Notes: generated by a model not told the origin, from the letters alone. Counted from the first letter of the stretch, positions 39,088 through 48,519 are shown. The stretch: 64,000 nt of DNA from an uncultured Chloroflexia bacterium (GCA_963768705.1 CAVYJE010000028.1:90571-154570); one strand, 5' to 3'. Program-made: numbers and translations.

Positions 39088-39302
39088 GTAGCGAGCCATC
39101 GCGATAGCGAGGCGAAGCAATCCCGTTCTCGCGACCGTTCGTTGAACTACGGCTGCTCGCGTGCGTTATGGAACCCTGTAGGGGCGCATGGCCATGCGCC
39201 CCTACGACGGCGCCGTCATCTTTCGGATGTTGGTGCGCGGATCGAACCCTGTCGGTGGACCGGGATTGCTTCGCCTCTCCCTACAGTCGATGGCTCGCAA
39301 CG
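39088..39302. repeat. composite dispersed repeat element: arm A (inverted, 39088-39125) - 32-bp perfect palindrome B (39174-39206) - arm A (direct, 39262-39302)
   Basis: A = GGGATTGCTTCGCCTCkCyryCGcGATGGCTCGCAACG; B = CCCTGTAGGGGCGCATGGCCATGCGCCCCTACG; the same B-A pair recurs at 40146-40270 and 54113-54240, and A alone at 27384-27422. Confidence 0.6.
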
Positions 39303-39387
39303 AGGAGATGGGGTGGCCTCGAGTTCGCAATCCGATGCCCCAAACGGCACTGCCCGATTGTGCGACCGGCGCGCCTATAATCTGGGC

Positions 39388-40065
39388 ATGACGATATTCC
39401 CCCATGACCTACGCGCCGGTGCCGACGTTTACAGCAGCGATGGCCAGAAGCTCGGTGAGCTGCACCGGGTTGTGCTGGCTCGCAGCGACCTTCGGGTTAC
39501 GCATGTCGTGGTCGACATCGGGTTTTTGCGGTCGGGGCGGCCGATCTGGCAGGGCGGCCTCGGGCTGGACTACGACCGCGTCGTGGACATCGGCGACGTG
39601 GCGAGCGCGACGACTGAGCGCGTCGACCTGGGGCTGACGGCGGAGCAGTTCAAGGACCTGCCGGAGTACACGGAAGAGACGTACGAGGAGCCGAAGGACC
39701 TTTCGCCGAACGAGTACGACCTGCCGGACGTGGTGACGCAGCTCAATCACCTCTCCTCGATCTTCAACAGCACAAGCGGCCTGTGGCTGTACGAGAACCT
39801 GCGGAAGTCCGACAACGAGATCGACATCTCGGAGGGCACGCCGGTCTGGCGCCGCGAGCCGCACGAGAAGCTGGGCGACGTGAAGCAGCTGATCTTCGAC
39901 GAGGCGTCGGGGCAGCTTCAGGCGCTGGTGATCGCGCGGGGCTTCATCTTCAAGCACGAGGTGGTGCTGCCGATCCGGCACGTGGTCGAGATGTACGACG
40001 ACCTCCTGCACGTCGATATCGCCGACAAGGACATCGAGGGGCTGAAGGCGTACGAGGCGGGGTAG
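39388..40065 (+). CDS. PRC-barrel domain protein (two PRC-barrel-like repeats)
   Basis: ..DVYSSDGQKLGELHRVVL....THVVVD.. and ..LIFDEASGQLQALVIARGFIFKHEVVLPIRHV.. ; flanked on both sides by repeat-filled intergenic regions. Confidence 0.6.
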   Translation: MTIFPHDLRAGADVYSSDGQKLGELHRVVLARSDLRVTHVVVDIGFLRSGRPIWQGGLGLDYDRVVDIGDVASATTERVDLGLTAEQFKDLPEYTEETYEEPKDLSPNEYDLPDVVTQLNHLSSIFNSTSGLWLYENLRKSDNEIDISEGTPVWRREPHEKLGDVKQLIFDEASGQLQALVIARGFIFKHEVVLPIRHVVEMYDDLLHVDIADKDIEGLKAYEAG

Positions 40066-40070
40066 CTTCG

Positions 40071-40100
40071 AGCTGATAGCTGATAGCTGATAGCTGATAC
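40071..40100. repeat. heptamer tandem repeat (AGCTGAT x4), reverse-complement family of the 39041 array
   Basis: agctgatagctgatagctgatagctgatac directly after the PRC-barrel gene stop. Confidence 0.55.
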
Positions 40101-40145
40101 TCGAGGCGAGAAGGGCGCACTGCGGGATCGAGAACGGCCGGGCGT

Positions 40146-40270
40146 CGTAGGGGCGCATGGCCATGCGCCCCTACAGGGTTGCATCATCGCAAAGGACTTG
40201 CTCGAGTCAACGGGCCGTCGCGTAGATCGGGATTGCTTCGCCTCTCCCTACCGGTCGATGGCTCGCAACG
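40146..40270. repeat. composite dispersed repeat copy 2: palindrome B (40146-40178) + arm A (40228-40270)
   Basis: cgtaggggcgcatggccatgcgcccctacaggg ... gggattgcttcgcctctccctaccggtcgatggctcgcaacgagg. Confidence 0.6.
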
Positions 40271-40345
40271 AGGAGCCTGGGGGCGGTTTGTCGCGCTCCA
40301 GAGCGTCTGGGTTACTTGAGGGCGGTTCCTTGATACTCTTCTGGC

Positions 40346-42789
40346 ATGGATGAGCACGCCCTTCGGGTCCTCGAGTACGACAAGGTGCTGGCGCGCCTTG
40401 CTGCCCTGACGTCGTTCTCGGGCGGGCGGGAGCTGGCGCTGGCGCTGAAGCCGTCGCCGGACTACGACGAGGTGCTGGAGCGGCAGCACGTGCTCGCGGA
40501 GGCGATCCGGCTGCGGGCGGCCCGGCTGCCGCTGAACCTGAACAGCGCGCTCGACGTGCGGGCAGGGGCTGGAGAAGGCGAGCATCGGCGGCGCGCTGGA
40601 TGGGCAGGAGCTTCTGGCGGTGGCGGCGACGCAACGGGCGGCGCACCAGGCGCGGGCCGTGCTTACGCGGGTCGCGACGCAGTTCCCGCGCCTCGGCGGG
40701 CTGGGCGAGGACCTGATCGAGCACGAGGCGGTGGTCTCGGAGATCGGTGGGGCACTGGACCAGCGCGGCGAGGTGGTCGATGGCGCGTCGCCGGCGCTGA
40801 CGATGCTGCGGCGCAACATCAAGGTGTCGCACGACCGTCTGCAGGCGAAGCTGCAGGAGTTCCTTGGGTCCGCGGCGGGTCGGCTGGCGGCGCAGGAGTC
40901 GCTCGTGACGCTGCGAGACGGTCGCTACGTGATCCCGGTGAAGGCCGACTTCCGGGGCGAGGTGCGCGGCATCGTGCACGACGTCTCGTCCAGCGGCGCC
41001 ACGGTATTCATCGAGCCGCTGGCGGTCGTGGAGCTGGGGAACCAGTGGCGCGAGTACCAGATCGAGGAGCGCCGGGAGGTCGAGCGCATCCTGCGGCGGC
41101 TCAGCGAGGTCGTGGGCGCCGTCGCGGGCGACATCGTGGCCGAACGTGGGGCTGCTGGCGCAGCTCGACCTGGCGATGTCGGCGGCGCGGCTGGCGGAGG
41201 AGCTCTCGCCAGCGGGGATGACGGTGCTGCCGGGAACTGAAGAGCCCCTCCCCCAACCCCCTCCCCGCTGGCGGAGAGGGGGCATGATGCCGCGGCGCCG
41301 GAGACGTGGCTGCAGCGATCGCCGGGGGTGCTGGAGCTGCGTGAGGCGCGTCACCCGCTGCTGACGACGCCGGTGCCGATCTCGTTGCGCATGGGCGGCG
41401 ACGACCGCGTGCTGCTGATCACGGGGCCGAACACGGGCGGCAAGACGGTGGCGCTGAAGACGGTGGGGCTGCTTTGCCTGATGGCGCAGTCGGGGCTGCC
41501 GGTGCCGGCGGAGCCGGGGAGCACGCTGCCGGTGCTGGAAGAGGTGCTGGCGGACATCGGCGACGAGCAGAGCATCGAGCAGTCGCTGTCGACGTTCAGC
41601 GGGCATCTGCGCAACGTGATCTCGCTGCTGGAGCGCGCGGGGCCGAAGTCGCTGGTGCTGCTGGACGAGCTGGCGGCGGGCACTGACCCGGCCGAGGGCG
41701 CCGCGCTGGCCCGGGCGTTGCTGCAGGACCTGCTGGGCAAGGGCGCCCTGACGATGGCGACGACGCACCACGGCGAGCTGAAGCTGTTCGCGCACTCGAC
41801 GCCGGGCGTGGTCAACGCGGCGGTCGAGTTCGACTCGGTGACGCTTTCGCCGACGTATCACATCGTCATGGGCGTGCCGGGGCGCAGCAATGCGTTGGCG
41901 ATCGCGGCGCGCCTGGGCCTGCCGGAGTCGATCCTGCGGACGGCGCAGGAGTCGTTGGCGCCGGAAGAGGCGGCGATGGAGTCGCTGCTGACGGAGCTAC
42001 ACCAGGAGCGTGAGGCTGCTCTGCAGGCGCGCCAGGGCGAGCAAGAGGCACGCCGCCGGGCCGAGGACGCCCGCCGCAACATCGAGCAGCGCCTGGCGGG
42101 CATCGACGAGGAGCGGGCACGGCGGCTGGACGAAGCTGCGCTGGCACTCGAAGCCGAAGTAGAAGCCGCACGCGCCGGCCTGCAGCGAGCGCACCGCATG
42201 GCGGAGCGACGTCTGGTCGCCGAGGTGACGCCCGAGGAAGCCGCGGAGGCACGCGAGGCGATCGGCCAGGCTTCCGACACGGCGAAGCGGCATCCGCAAG
42301 CGCTCGCGCCGCCGGCGTCGCAGCGGGCTGCAACCGGAGCAGATCGTGCCCGGGGCAGAGGTGTGGATCCAGGGCGTGCCGATGGCGGCCGAGGTGCTGA
42401 CGAAGCCCGACGCGCGGGGAGAACTTGACGTAACGTTCGGGGGCCTGCGGGCACGGGTCGGCGTCGGTCAGGTTGTGCGCGTGCAGGCGGCGACACCGAA
42501 GCCGGCGGAGCGCACCGTGATCCCGCGGGCGCCGGCGTACGCTGCTCAGGAGATCGAGGTGCGCGGCCAGACCCTGGACGAGGCGCTGCCGCTGATCGAC
42601 AAGTTCCTCGATGACGGGTTCCGGGCCGGTGTGCCGCGGTTGCGCGTCGTGCACGGTAAGGGCACAGGGAAGATGCGCAACGCCGTGCGCCAGATGCTGA
42701 CGAAGCACCCGCTGGTCAAGGGCTTCGAGTTCGCCGAGCCCAGAGAGGGCGGCGAGGGCGTGACCGTCGTCGATATGGCGCTGGGGTAA
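40346..42789 (+). pseudogene. mutS2: endonuclease MutS2 (Smr-domain), about 4 frameshifts
   Basis: MDEHALRVLEYDKVLARLA.. ; ..RDGRYVIPVKADFRGEVRGIVHDVSSSGATVFIEP.. ; Walker A ITGPNTGGKTVALKTVGL ; ..SLVLLDELAAGTDPAEG.. ; coiled-coil ; C-terminal Smr ..LRVVHGKGTGKMRNAVRQML.. spread over three frames. Confidence 0.75.
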
Positions 42790-42913
42790 CCCTTTTCATT
42801 GTCCCGAAGTAATGCTGATTCATTGAACTGGTTACGTATCTCTGTACCTTTAGTCCTCCTGTCTACGTGAGCCAAATGGGCGGTGCTCGCGGTGGGTTAA
42901 AAAGGAGAGTTAC

Positions 42914-43912
42914 ATGGTCAGGTTGAGGCTCCTGTCTTTGACAGCAGTCGTTGCCGGGTTGATACTCGGCGCCGGTTCACTTGTATTTGATCGTGGAAGC
43001 GCAAGCGCGGATCCGACGATTGAAGGTACGCTCGATGCGCTGGTTACTGCCTGGAATGCGAAGGACTTCGAAACCTTCGCCGGCTACTTCACGGATGAGG
43101 GCCTGGATTATCAGTTTGGCGTCACTCGTGACAATGCTGTCGAAGGCATTGCTGCCCAGTGGGATGACTCCGGAAGCATCGTGAGTGCCAAGGTGTCTCA
43201 CGTTCGTCTGGAGGGTGGTGTCTTTACAGGCACTGTGGACATCGCGTTCGATGGCGGATTTTCTCTGTACGAGGATTGGCAGTTCGTTCAGAGCGACGGT
43301 GGCTGGCTGGTGGGGGCCGGCATGACGGCTTCTCGGCCGATCCCGCCGGGTGTGCCGGCGGTCGATCTTTCGCTGCAGGAGTACGCCTTCAACTTCAACG
43401 CGGCTGCGATCCAGGCGGCGGACGGTAACTTCGCATTCAAGGTGACGCAACGTCGGTACGCAGGCGCACGAGGTCGTGGTGCTGAAGCTGGACAGCGAAC
43501 GACGCCATTCCGGCAGTCCTGGATAGCCTGGCGCAAGCGGGCGAAAACGACCTTCCCGCGGGCATCGAGTTTGTCGACTTTGGTGGCGTGTACCAGCCGG
43601 GCGACCAGGGCAACTTTGTCCTCGGCGGACCGCTGGCTTCCGGACGTTACGCTTTCGTCTGCTTCCTGCCGTCTGAAGACGGCACGCCGCACGCGTTCCT
43701 CGGTATGGACGCCGAGTTCAGCGGTTGGTTCCGCGGCTCCGGCTCCTACCGGTGGCAGCGGCGGCGGTATCACGCCGCCGAACACGGGCGACGCGGGTCT
43801 GCTGGACCAGGGGCACAGCACGGCGACGTGGCTGATGCTGGGCCTGGCGCTGGTGCTGGTCCTTGGCGGCAGCGCCGGTCTGGTGAAGAGCCGGGTGGAC
43901 GCTAGCGCTTAA
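42914..43912 (+). pseudogene. secreted SnoaL/NTF2-like + cupredoxin (type-1 Cu) protein with Gly-rich linker and C-terminal TM anchor; about 3 frameshifts in the cupredoxin part
   Basis: Signal peptide ..GAGSLVFDRGSASA|DP; NTF2-like domain (..LVTAWNAKDFETFAGYFTDEG..); cupredoxin segments ..GNFAFKVTNVGTQAHEVVVLKLDS.. and ..YAFVCFLPSEDGTPHAFLGMDAEF.. (H..C..H..M ligand set) in alternate frames; tail GGSGGGITPPNTGDAGLL..TWLMLGLALVLVLGGSAGLVKSR. Confidence 0.5.
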
Positions 43913-43992
43913 CGGGTAAACAGTCGATAGTCAGAGGGAGGCTGTGCTATAGCAGCCTCCTTCTTTTTGCCTAGAGAGCGGAGCGGCGTACG

Positions 43993-44622
43993 GTGAAGTT
44001 CCTGGTGATGGTGTTCCTGGTGGCAGGACTTGGGTTGACGGCTGCCTGTGGCGGCGGTTCCGACAAGCCGAGCGCGAGTGAGACGCCGGGGACGGCGACA
44101 GCCAAGCCCTCCAGCACAAGCGTCGAGACCACGCCGACGAAGTCGCCGACCGCGCAGGTCACGATTGCCGCCGCGACGGCGACGCCAGTGCCCCCGACAG
44201 CGACGACGGCACCCACAGATACGCCGGTGCCGACCGATACGCCCACAGCGACGCCTGAACCACCCACGGCCACCCCTGAGCCGCCGACCGCGACACCCGT
44301 ACCGCCCACAGCCACGTCGGCCCCTGCGCCTCCGACGGCGACGACGGCGCCTTCGTCCGGCGGTGGTGGGTCTGTCAGCCTGACGGCGCAGAGTCTGCAG
44401 TTCGCTCCGGCGGCGCTGTACGCCTCGTCCGGGACGGTGACAATTACGTTGAACAACCTGGACAACTTCGTGCCGCACAATGTGTCGGTAGACGGCCTTG
44501 GCACCAGCGGGACATGCTCGGGGCCGTGCACGGTGGCGCTATCGGTCCAGGCGTCTCCGGGTAGCTACGGGTTCCACTGCACGGTTCACCCCTACATGAC
44601 GGGGACGCTCTTCGTTCAGTAG
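43993..44622 (+). CDS. cupredoxin (blue-copper, plastocyanin/pseudoazurin-like) lipoprotein with Pro/Thr-rich linker
   Basis: Lipobox LTAAC-GGG; PT-rich repeats (TATPEPPTATPEPPTATPVPP); C-terminal ..FVPHNVSVDG....YGFHCTVHPYMTGTLFV = His-Cys-His-Met type-1 copper site. Confidence 0.7.
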   Translation: MKFLVMVFLVAGLGLTAACGGGSDKPSASETPGTATAKPSSTSVETTPTKSPTAQVTIAAATATPVPPTATTAPTDTPVPTDTPTATPEPPTATPEPPTATPVPPTATSAPAPPTATTAPSSGGGGSVSLTAQSLQFAPAALYASSGTVTITLNNLDNFVPHNVSVDGLGTSGTCSGPCTVALSVQASPGSYGFHCTVHPYMTGTLFVQ

Positions 44623-44841
44623 GCGTTGGCAGTAGGCGTTCGCCAGCAAGTCGTTGCGGTCTTTTCCTATGTCTGGCGTCTATCAGATGCGCGTGATAGC
44701 ACCTGTCCCTTCGAACAGGTGAAGCGCAATACCGAATTTGTGTTCACAGATAATTAACAACTCCTAATGACATATGCCGAATACATAGTTATACTCTATG
44801 TGTGGTCGAAAGACCCGAAAGCAAGGAAGGAAAAGTCACGT

Positions 44842-45054
44842 ATGTATAGTTGGAACGCTTCGGAGGACATAGCGGCGCTCGCCCGCGATGAAGCAGTCCT
44901 CGCTGGCGAGAACGCTCGCCTAATGCTCGAGCTGGAGGAAGGCGATTTCGAGGTCGAAGTCGTGCGCGAAGGTATGCGCCGGCGCCTCGCTCGCACCCTG
45001 GTGCAGCTCGGTATGAGGATTGACCCCCTGGTAGGGGAAGAGACCGGCGACTAA
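44842..45054 (+). CDS. hypothetical small acidic protein
   Basis: ATG after GGAAGGAAAAG; 70 aa; sits just downstream of an unusually AT-rich (~40 % GC) 130-bp block; no known domain. Confidence 0.3.
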   Translation: MYSWNASEDIAALARDEAVLAGENARLMLELEEGDFEVEVVREGMRRRLARTLVQLGMRIDPLVGEETGD

Positions 45055-45162
45055 GCGAAGCCCGGGTCAGGACGGACTCGGAACTTTGCACCCCGTCGCA
45101 GCGCTGGCTCGCCGGACCTCGTTGGTATACTGAGGCAACTCAAGATCAGCGAGGTCCCGGCG

Positions 45163-45339
45163 ATGACAGGCCAGCAATCGGCTCCAGGGCCGGAGAAACA
45201 ACGAGAAGTGCGCCTGGGGGATCAAGTATGCCCCCGCTGCCACGAATCTTTCACCATCAGCTACTGGTCCAACGGCACCCTGATCCAGGCGCGCTGTCTG
45301 AGCTGCGAGCTCAAGTGGCCGTTACCGAACGTGGTGTGA
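45163..45339 (+). CDS. putative 58-aa zinc-ribbon protein (below ORF-track cutoff)
   Basis: MTGQQSAPGPEKQREVRLGDQVCPRCHESFTISYWSNGTLIQARCLSCELKWPLPNVV : CxxC-x15-CxxC. Confidence 0.3.
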   Translation: MTGQQSAPGPEKQREVRLGDQVCPRCHESFTISYWSNGTLIQARCLSCELKWPLPNVV

Positions 45340-45445
45340 AGACTGACGCAAACTTAACCGAACTGTCTCCCAGTCGCGTTGACCGAAGGGTTGCTGACGC
45401 CGAGTATCTAATGACTGCTCGGCGTTCAATTTGATTCGAGGTGTC

Positions 45446-47158
45446 ATGGCGTCAGAGACTCGCGTTGCCTATCTCTCCATGGAGATTGGCCTAAGAACTG
45501 AGATGCCGACCTACAGCGGTGGCCTTGGCGTCCTCTCCGGCGACACTTTGCGGGCAGCGGCCGACTTGGGCGTACCCGTCGTTGCCGTAACCCTGCTCTA
45601 TCGCCAGGGCTTCTTCCGTCAGCATCTGGCCGCGGATGGCCATCAGTCTGAGGACCAGCCTGTCTGGGACCCGGAGCGCTTCCTGGAACCCTGCCCGCAA
45701 CGGGCCAAGGTGATGGTGGAGGGCCGTGAGGTCGTGCTGCGTGCATGGCTCTACCGCCTGCAGGGCGTGCACGGCGACGAGGTGCCGATCTACATGCTGG
45801 ACGCGGACCTGCCGGAGAACGCGCCGGAAGACGCCGCGCTCACCGGTCAGCTTTACGGCGGCGATCAGCGCTACAGGCTGCGCCAGGAAGCTGTGCTGGG
45901 CATCGGCGGCGTGGCGATGCTGCGCGCCCTGGGCTACAAGGACATCGAGACGTATCACATGAACGAGGGCCACAGCGCCCTCCTGACGCTGGCGCTGCTC
46001 TACGAAGAGGAGCCCGGCCGCGCGTCAGGTTGGACCGACCCGGCGATGATCGCAACGGTGCGCAGCAAGTGCGTGTTTACGACGCACACGCCGGTGCCCG
46101 CCGGCCACGACCGTTTCCCCATCGGCCTCGTCACTGAGGTACTCGGGGATGAGATCGCAGAGACGATCCACCAGCTGCCGTGCGTCGAAGGCCACGTGCT
46201 CAACATGACGTACCTGGGGCTGTTCTTCTCGCGTTACGTGAACGGTGTGGCGCAGCTGCACGGCCAGGTGGCGCAGGGCCTGTACCCGGACTACAAGATC
46301 CACTCGATTACGAATGGCGTGCACGCCCGGACGTGGACGTCCAATCAGATGGCGAAGCTGTTCGATGAATACATCGAGGGCTGGAATGCCGACTCGCATA
46401 TGCTTCGCCGTGCCCTGACGATCCCGGTGCATGAGATCATCTCGACCCACCGCAAGGCGAAAGGGGCGTTGCTGGACGAGGTGTTCAAGCGCACGGGCAC
46501 GATGCTGGACCCTTCCGTGATGACGATCGGCTTCGCGCGGCGGGCTGCGACGTACAAGCGCGCCGACCTCGTGTTCGGGAACATCGAGAACCTGAAGCGC
46601 ATTGCCCACGAGGCAGGGCGTATCCAGTTCGTCTACGCCGGCAAGGCCCATCCGCACGACGAGCCCGCGAAGGACATCATCCGTCGCGTCTACCAGGCTC
46701 GTGACGCGCTGCAGGGCGAGATACCAGTGGTTTACCTGGAAGAGCACGACATGACGCTGGGGAAGCTTCTGTGCTCCGGTGTCGACCTGTGGCTGAACAA
46801 CCCGCAGCGGCCGATGGAGGCCTCGGGCACGAGCGGTATGAAGGCGGCGCTGAACGGGGTGCCTTCGCTGAGCGTGCTGGACGGCTGGTGGCCGGAGGGC
46901 TGGATCGAGGGCGTGACGGGCTGGAACATCGGGGACGGCGTTGCCGACATCGATGACCCTGAGGTCGAACGGGCCTGGCTGCACAACAAGCTCAACTACG
47001 TCATCGTGCCGATGTTCTATGGCTCGCCGGAGTCATACGGCCGGGTGATGCGCTCGACGATTGCGATTAACGGCTCCTACTTCACGGCCCAGCGCATGCT
47101 GCAGCAGTACGTGACGGATGCCTACAGGCTCAGCGAGGAAGTCGCGGTGCACGCCTGA
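45446..47158 (+). CDS. alpha-glucan phosphorylase (GT35, GlgP-like archaeal-type)
   Basis: ..AYLSMEIGL..YSGGLGVLSGD.. N-terminus; ..EASGTSGMKAALNG.. PLP-lysine region; 570 aa; ATG 45446 with GAGGTG RBS (the track's TTG at 45431). Confidence 0.8.
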   Translation: MASETRVAYLSMEIGLRTEMPTYSGGLGVLSGDTLRAAADLGVPVVAVTLLYRQGFFRQHLAADGHQSEDQPVWDPERFLEPCPQRAKVMVEGREVVLRAWLYRLQGVHGDEVPIYMLDADLPENAPEDAALTGQLYGGDQRYRLRQEAVLGIGGVAMLRALGYKDIETYHMNEGHSALLTLALLYEEEPGRASGWTDPAMIATVRSKCVFTTHTPVPAGHDRFPIGLVTEVLGDEIAETIHQLPCVEGHVLNMTYLGLFFSRYVNGVAQLHGQVAQGLYPDYKIHSITNGVHARTWTSNQMAKLFDEYIEGWNADSHMLRRALTIPVHEIISTHRKAKGALLDEVFKRTGTMLDPSVMTIGFARRAATYKRADLVFGNIENLKRIAHEAGRIQFVYAGKAHPHDEPAKDIIRRVYQARDALQGEIPVVYLEEHDMTLGKLLCSGVDLWLNNPQRPMEASGTSGMKAALNGVPSLSVLDGWWPEGWIEGVTGWNIGDGVADIDDPEVERAWLHNKLNYVIVPMFYGSPESYGRVMRSTIAINGSYFTAQRMLQQYVTDAYRLSEEVAVHA

Positions 47159-47238
47159 GGCAGGTCAAAAGACTGACCGATGTTGGCCTAAGGCGTGAAA
47201 CAGCTATAATGACCCGTGTCTAAATTCAAGGAGGGGCG

Positions 47239-47334
47239 ATGTCGTCCGTCGTAAAGAAGCGCCGCAAGAAGATCCGGAAGCATAAGTACCGGAAGATGCG
47301 GAAAAAGACTAGATGGCAACGGATGCACAAGTAG
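47239..47334 (+). CDS. 31-aa Lys/Arg-rich small protein (AURKAIP1/COX24-like family)
   Basis: MSSVVKKRRKKIRKHKYRKMRKKTRWQRMHK with AGGAGGGG RBS; matches the conserved MGSVIKKRRKRM.KKKHRKLL..TR.QRR family. Confidence 0.6.
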   Translation: MSSVVKKRRKKIRKHKYRKMRKKTRWQRMHK

Positions 47335-47390
47335 CATCGTAATCGCCGTCCGAGGTCGCACGTCGGCCTCGGACGGCTTGCTTATCTGTC

Positions 47391-47897
47391 ATGTCCGTCA
47401 CCGATGTTCAGCTGCAACAAGAAGATGCGCGGCTAGTGTTTCTGGCCGTCGCATATCATCTTGGCCGTCCCGGATCGGAGCTCGATCCGTACACGAAGCA
47501 GCCTGTCGACCACGGTCTCGCCGAGGTCGCTGCGATCCTGCAGCCTCAGCTAGGTGGCGATAGCGCATCGATCAGCCTGAACCAGGACCAGGCCCGGCGC
47601 CTGCTCTCCGGCATGCTCGGGACGATTTCGGAGCTGAAGTCGTACCCCATGCTGGAACTGCGTGCAGGGCCGGACGGCCGTCGTAGCACGGTGCCCGGTT
47701 TCGACCGTACCCTGCTTCATCTGTTCCCCGAGGTCGAAGAGGACGCGCACCTGACGTTGGACGTCGCGGAGGCGATGCTGCGGCTGCGGCGGCGGATGGA
47801 TGACGACCTTGCAGAGCTCCTGGCGGAGCCCGAGCAGGTGGTTTTGCCGCCGGCCAAACCTCAGCGCAAGTGGTGGCCGTTCGGCAAGCAGGGCTGA
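47391..47897 (+). CDS. hypothetical protein
   Basis: 168-aa coding-like ORF; no recognisable domain. Confidence 0.4.
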   Translation: MSVTDVQLQQEDARLVFLAVAYHLGRPGSELDPYTKQPVDHGLAEVAAILQPQLGGDSASISLNQDQARRLLSGMLGTISELKSYPMLELRAGPDGRRSTVPGFDRTLLHLFPEVEEDAHLTLDVAEAMLRLRRRMDDDLAELLAEPEQVVLPPAKPQRKWWPFGKQG

Positions 47898-48023
47898 GCT
47901 ATTACGGCGACGTGAATTCGTCATAGGAATCATTTCGATCCGGCGATCATGACTTCCCTGTTAGCTGAAAACCGTTCTAGAATGACGGCGAGTGGGACCA
48001 AGAACTAAAAGGAGAAGTAACCA

Positions 48024-48320
48024 GTGGCCTATGTAATCACCGACGCGTGCATCGGCACCAAGGACCGATCTTGTGTTGACGTTTGCCCGGTGGACTGCAT
48101 CCACCCGACGTCTTCAGAGGAAGACTCCGCGGATGAAATGCTCTACATCAACCCGGACGAGTGCATCGACTGCGGCGCTTGCGAGCCTGCCTGCCCGGTG
48201 ACGGCCATCTACGCCGAGGACGACGTCCCGGACAACATGAAGCCCTACGTTGAGATCAACGTGCTGTGGTACTCCGACAAGGACGGCGCCCGCGCCAAGG
48301 TGAAGGAAGCCCACGGCTAA
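48024..48320 (+). CDS. fdxA: 7Fe ferredoxin (3Fe-4S + 4Fe-4S, FdxA-type)
   Basis: GTG start with AAAGGAGAAG RBS; CIGTKDRSCVDVCPVDCI and CIDCGACEPACP cluster motifs. Confidence 0.85.
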   Translation: MAYVITDACIGTKDRSCVDVCPVDCIHPTSSEEDSADEMLYINPDECIDCGACEPACPVTAIYAEDDVPDNMKPYVEINVLWYSDKDGARAKVKEAHG

Positions 48321-48342
48321 ACGGCTGTAGCAAACAGATGCC

Positions 48343-48378
48343 AAAAGAGGCGGCCGATTGGCCGCCTCTTTTCGTTTT
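48343..48378 (+). terminator. intrinsic terminator after ferredoxin gene
   Basis: AAAAGAGGCGGCC-gatt-GGCCGCCTCTTTT-CGTTTTGG. Confidence 0.8.
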
Positions 48379-48519
48379 GGTCGATGTCGGTTGGTGCAGC
48401 TCAGGTCGTGGACGAACCCCTCCCTCATTCCCTCCCCGTTGACAGGGAGGGACGCCTCGCCTTGGCACCATCGAAGGGTATCGTGCGTCTCGGCGTTTAG
48501 GAGGTTGCTTTCTGCCTGT

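Noticed and set aside
39041-40100. CRISPR array
   Set aside because: The only tandem repeats are 7-bp units without unique spacers, and there are no cas genes. They are simple-sequence repeats, not CRISPR.
41240-41300. 12-bp GC hairpin (CCCCCTCCCCGC..GCGGAGAGGGGG) inside mutS2, possible inserted element
   Set aside because: It lies in a Pro/Gly-rich coding stretch at one of the frameshift sites. It is more simply explained by coding composition plus local sequence errors.
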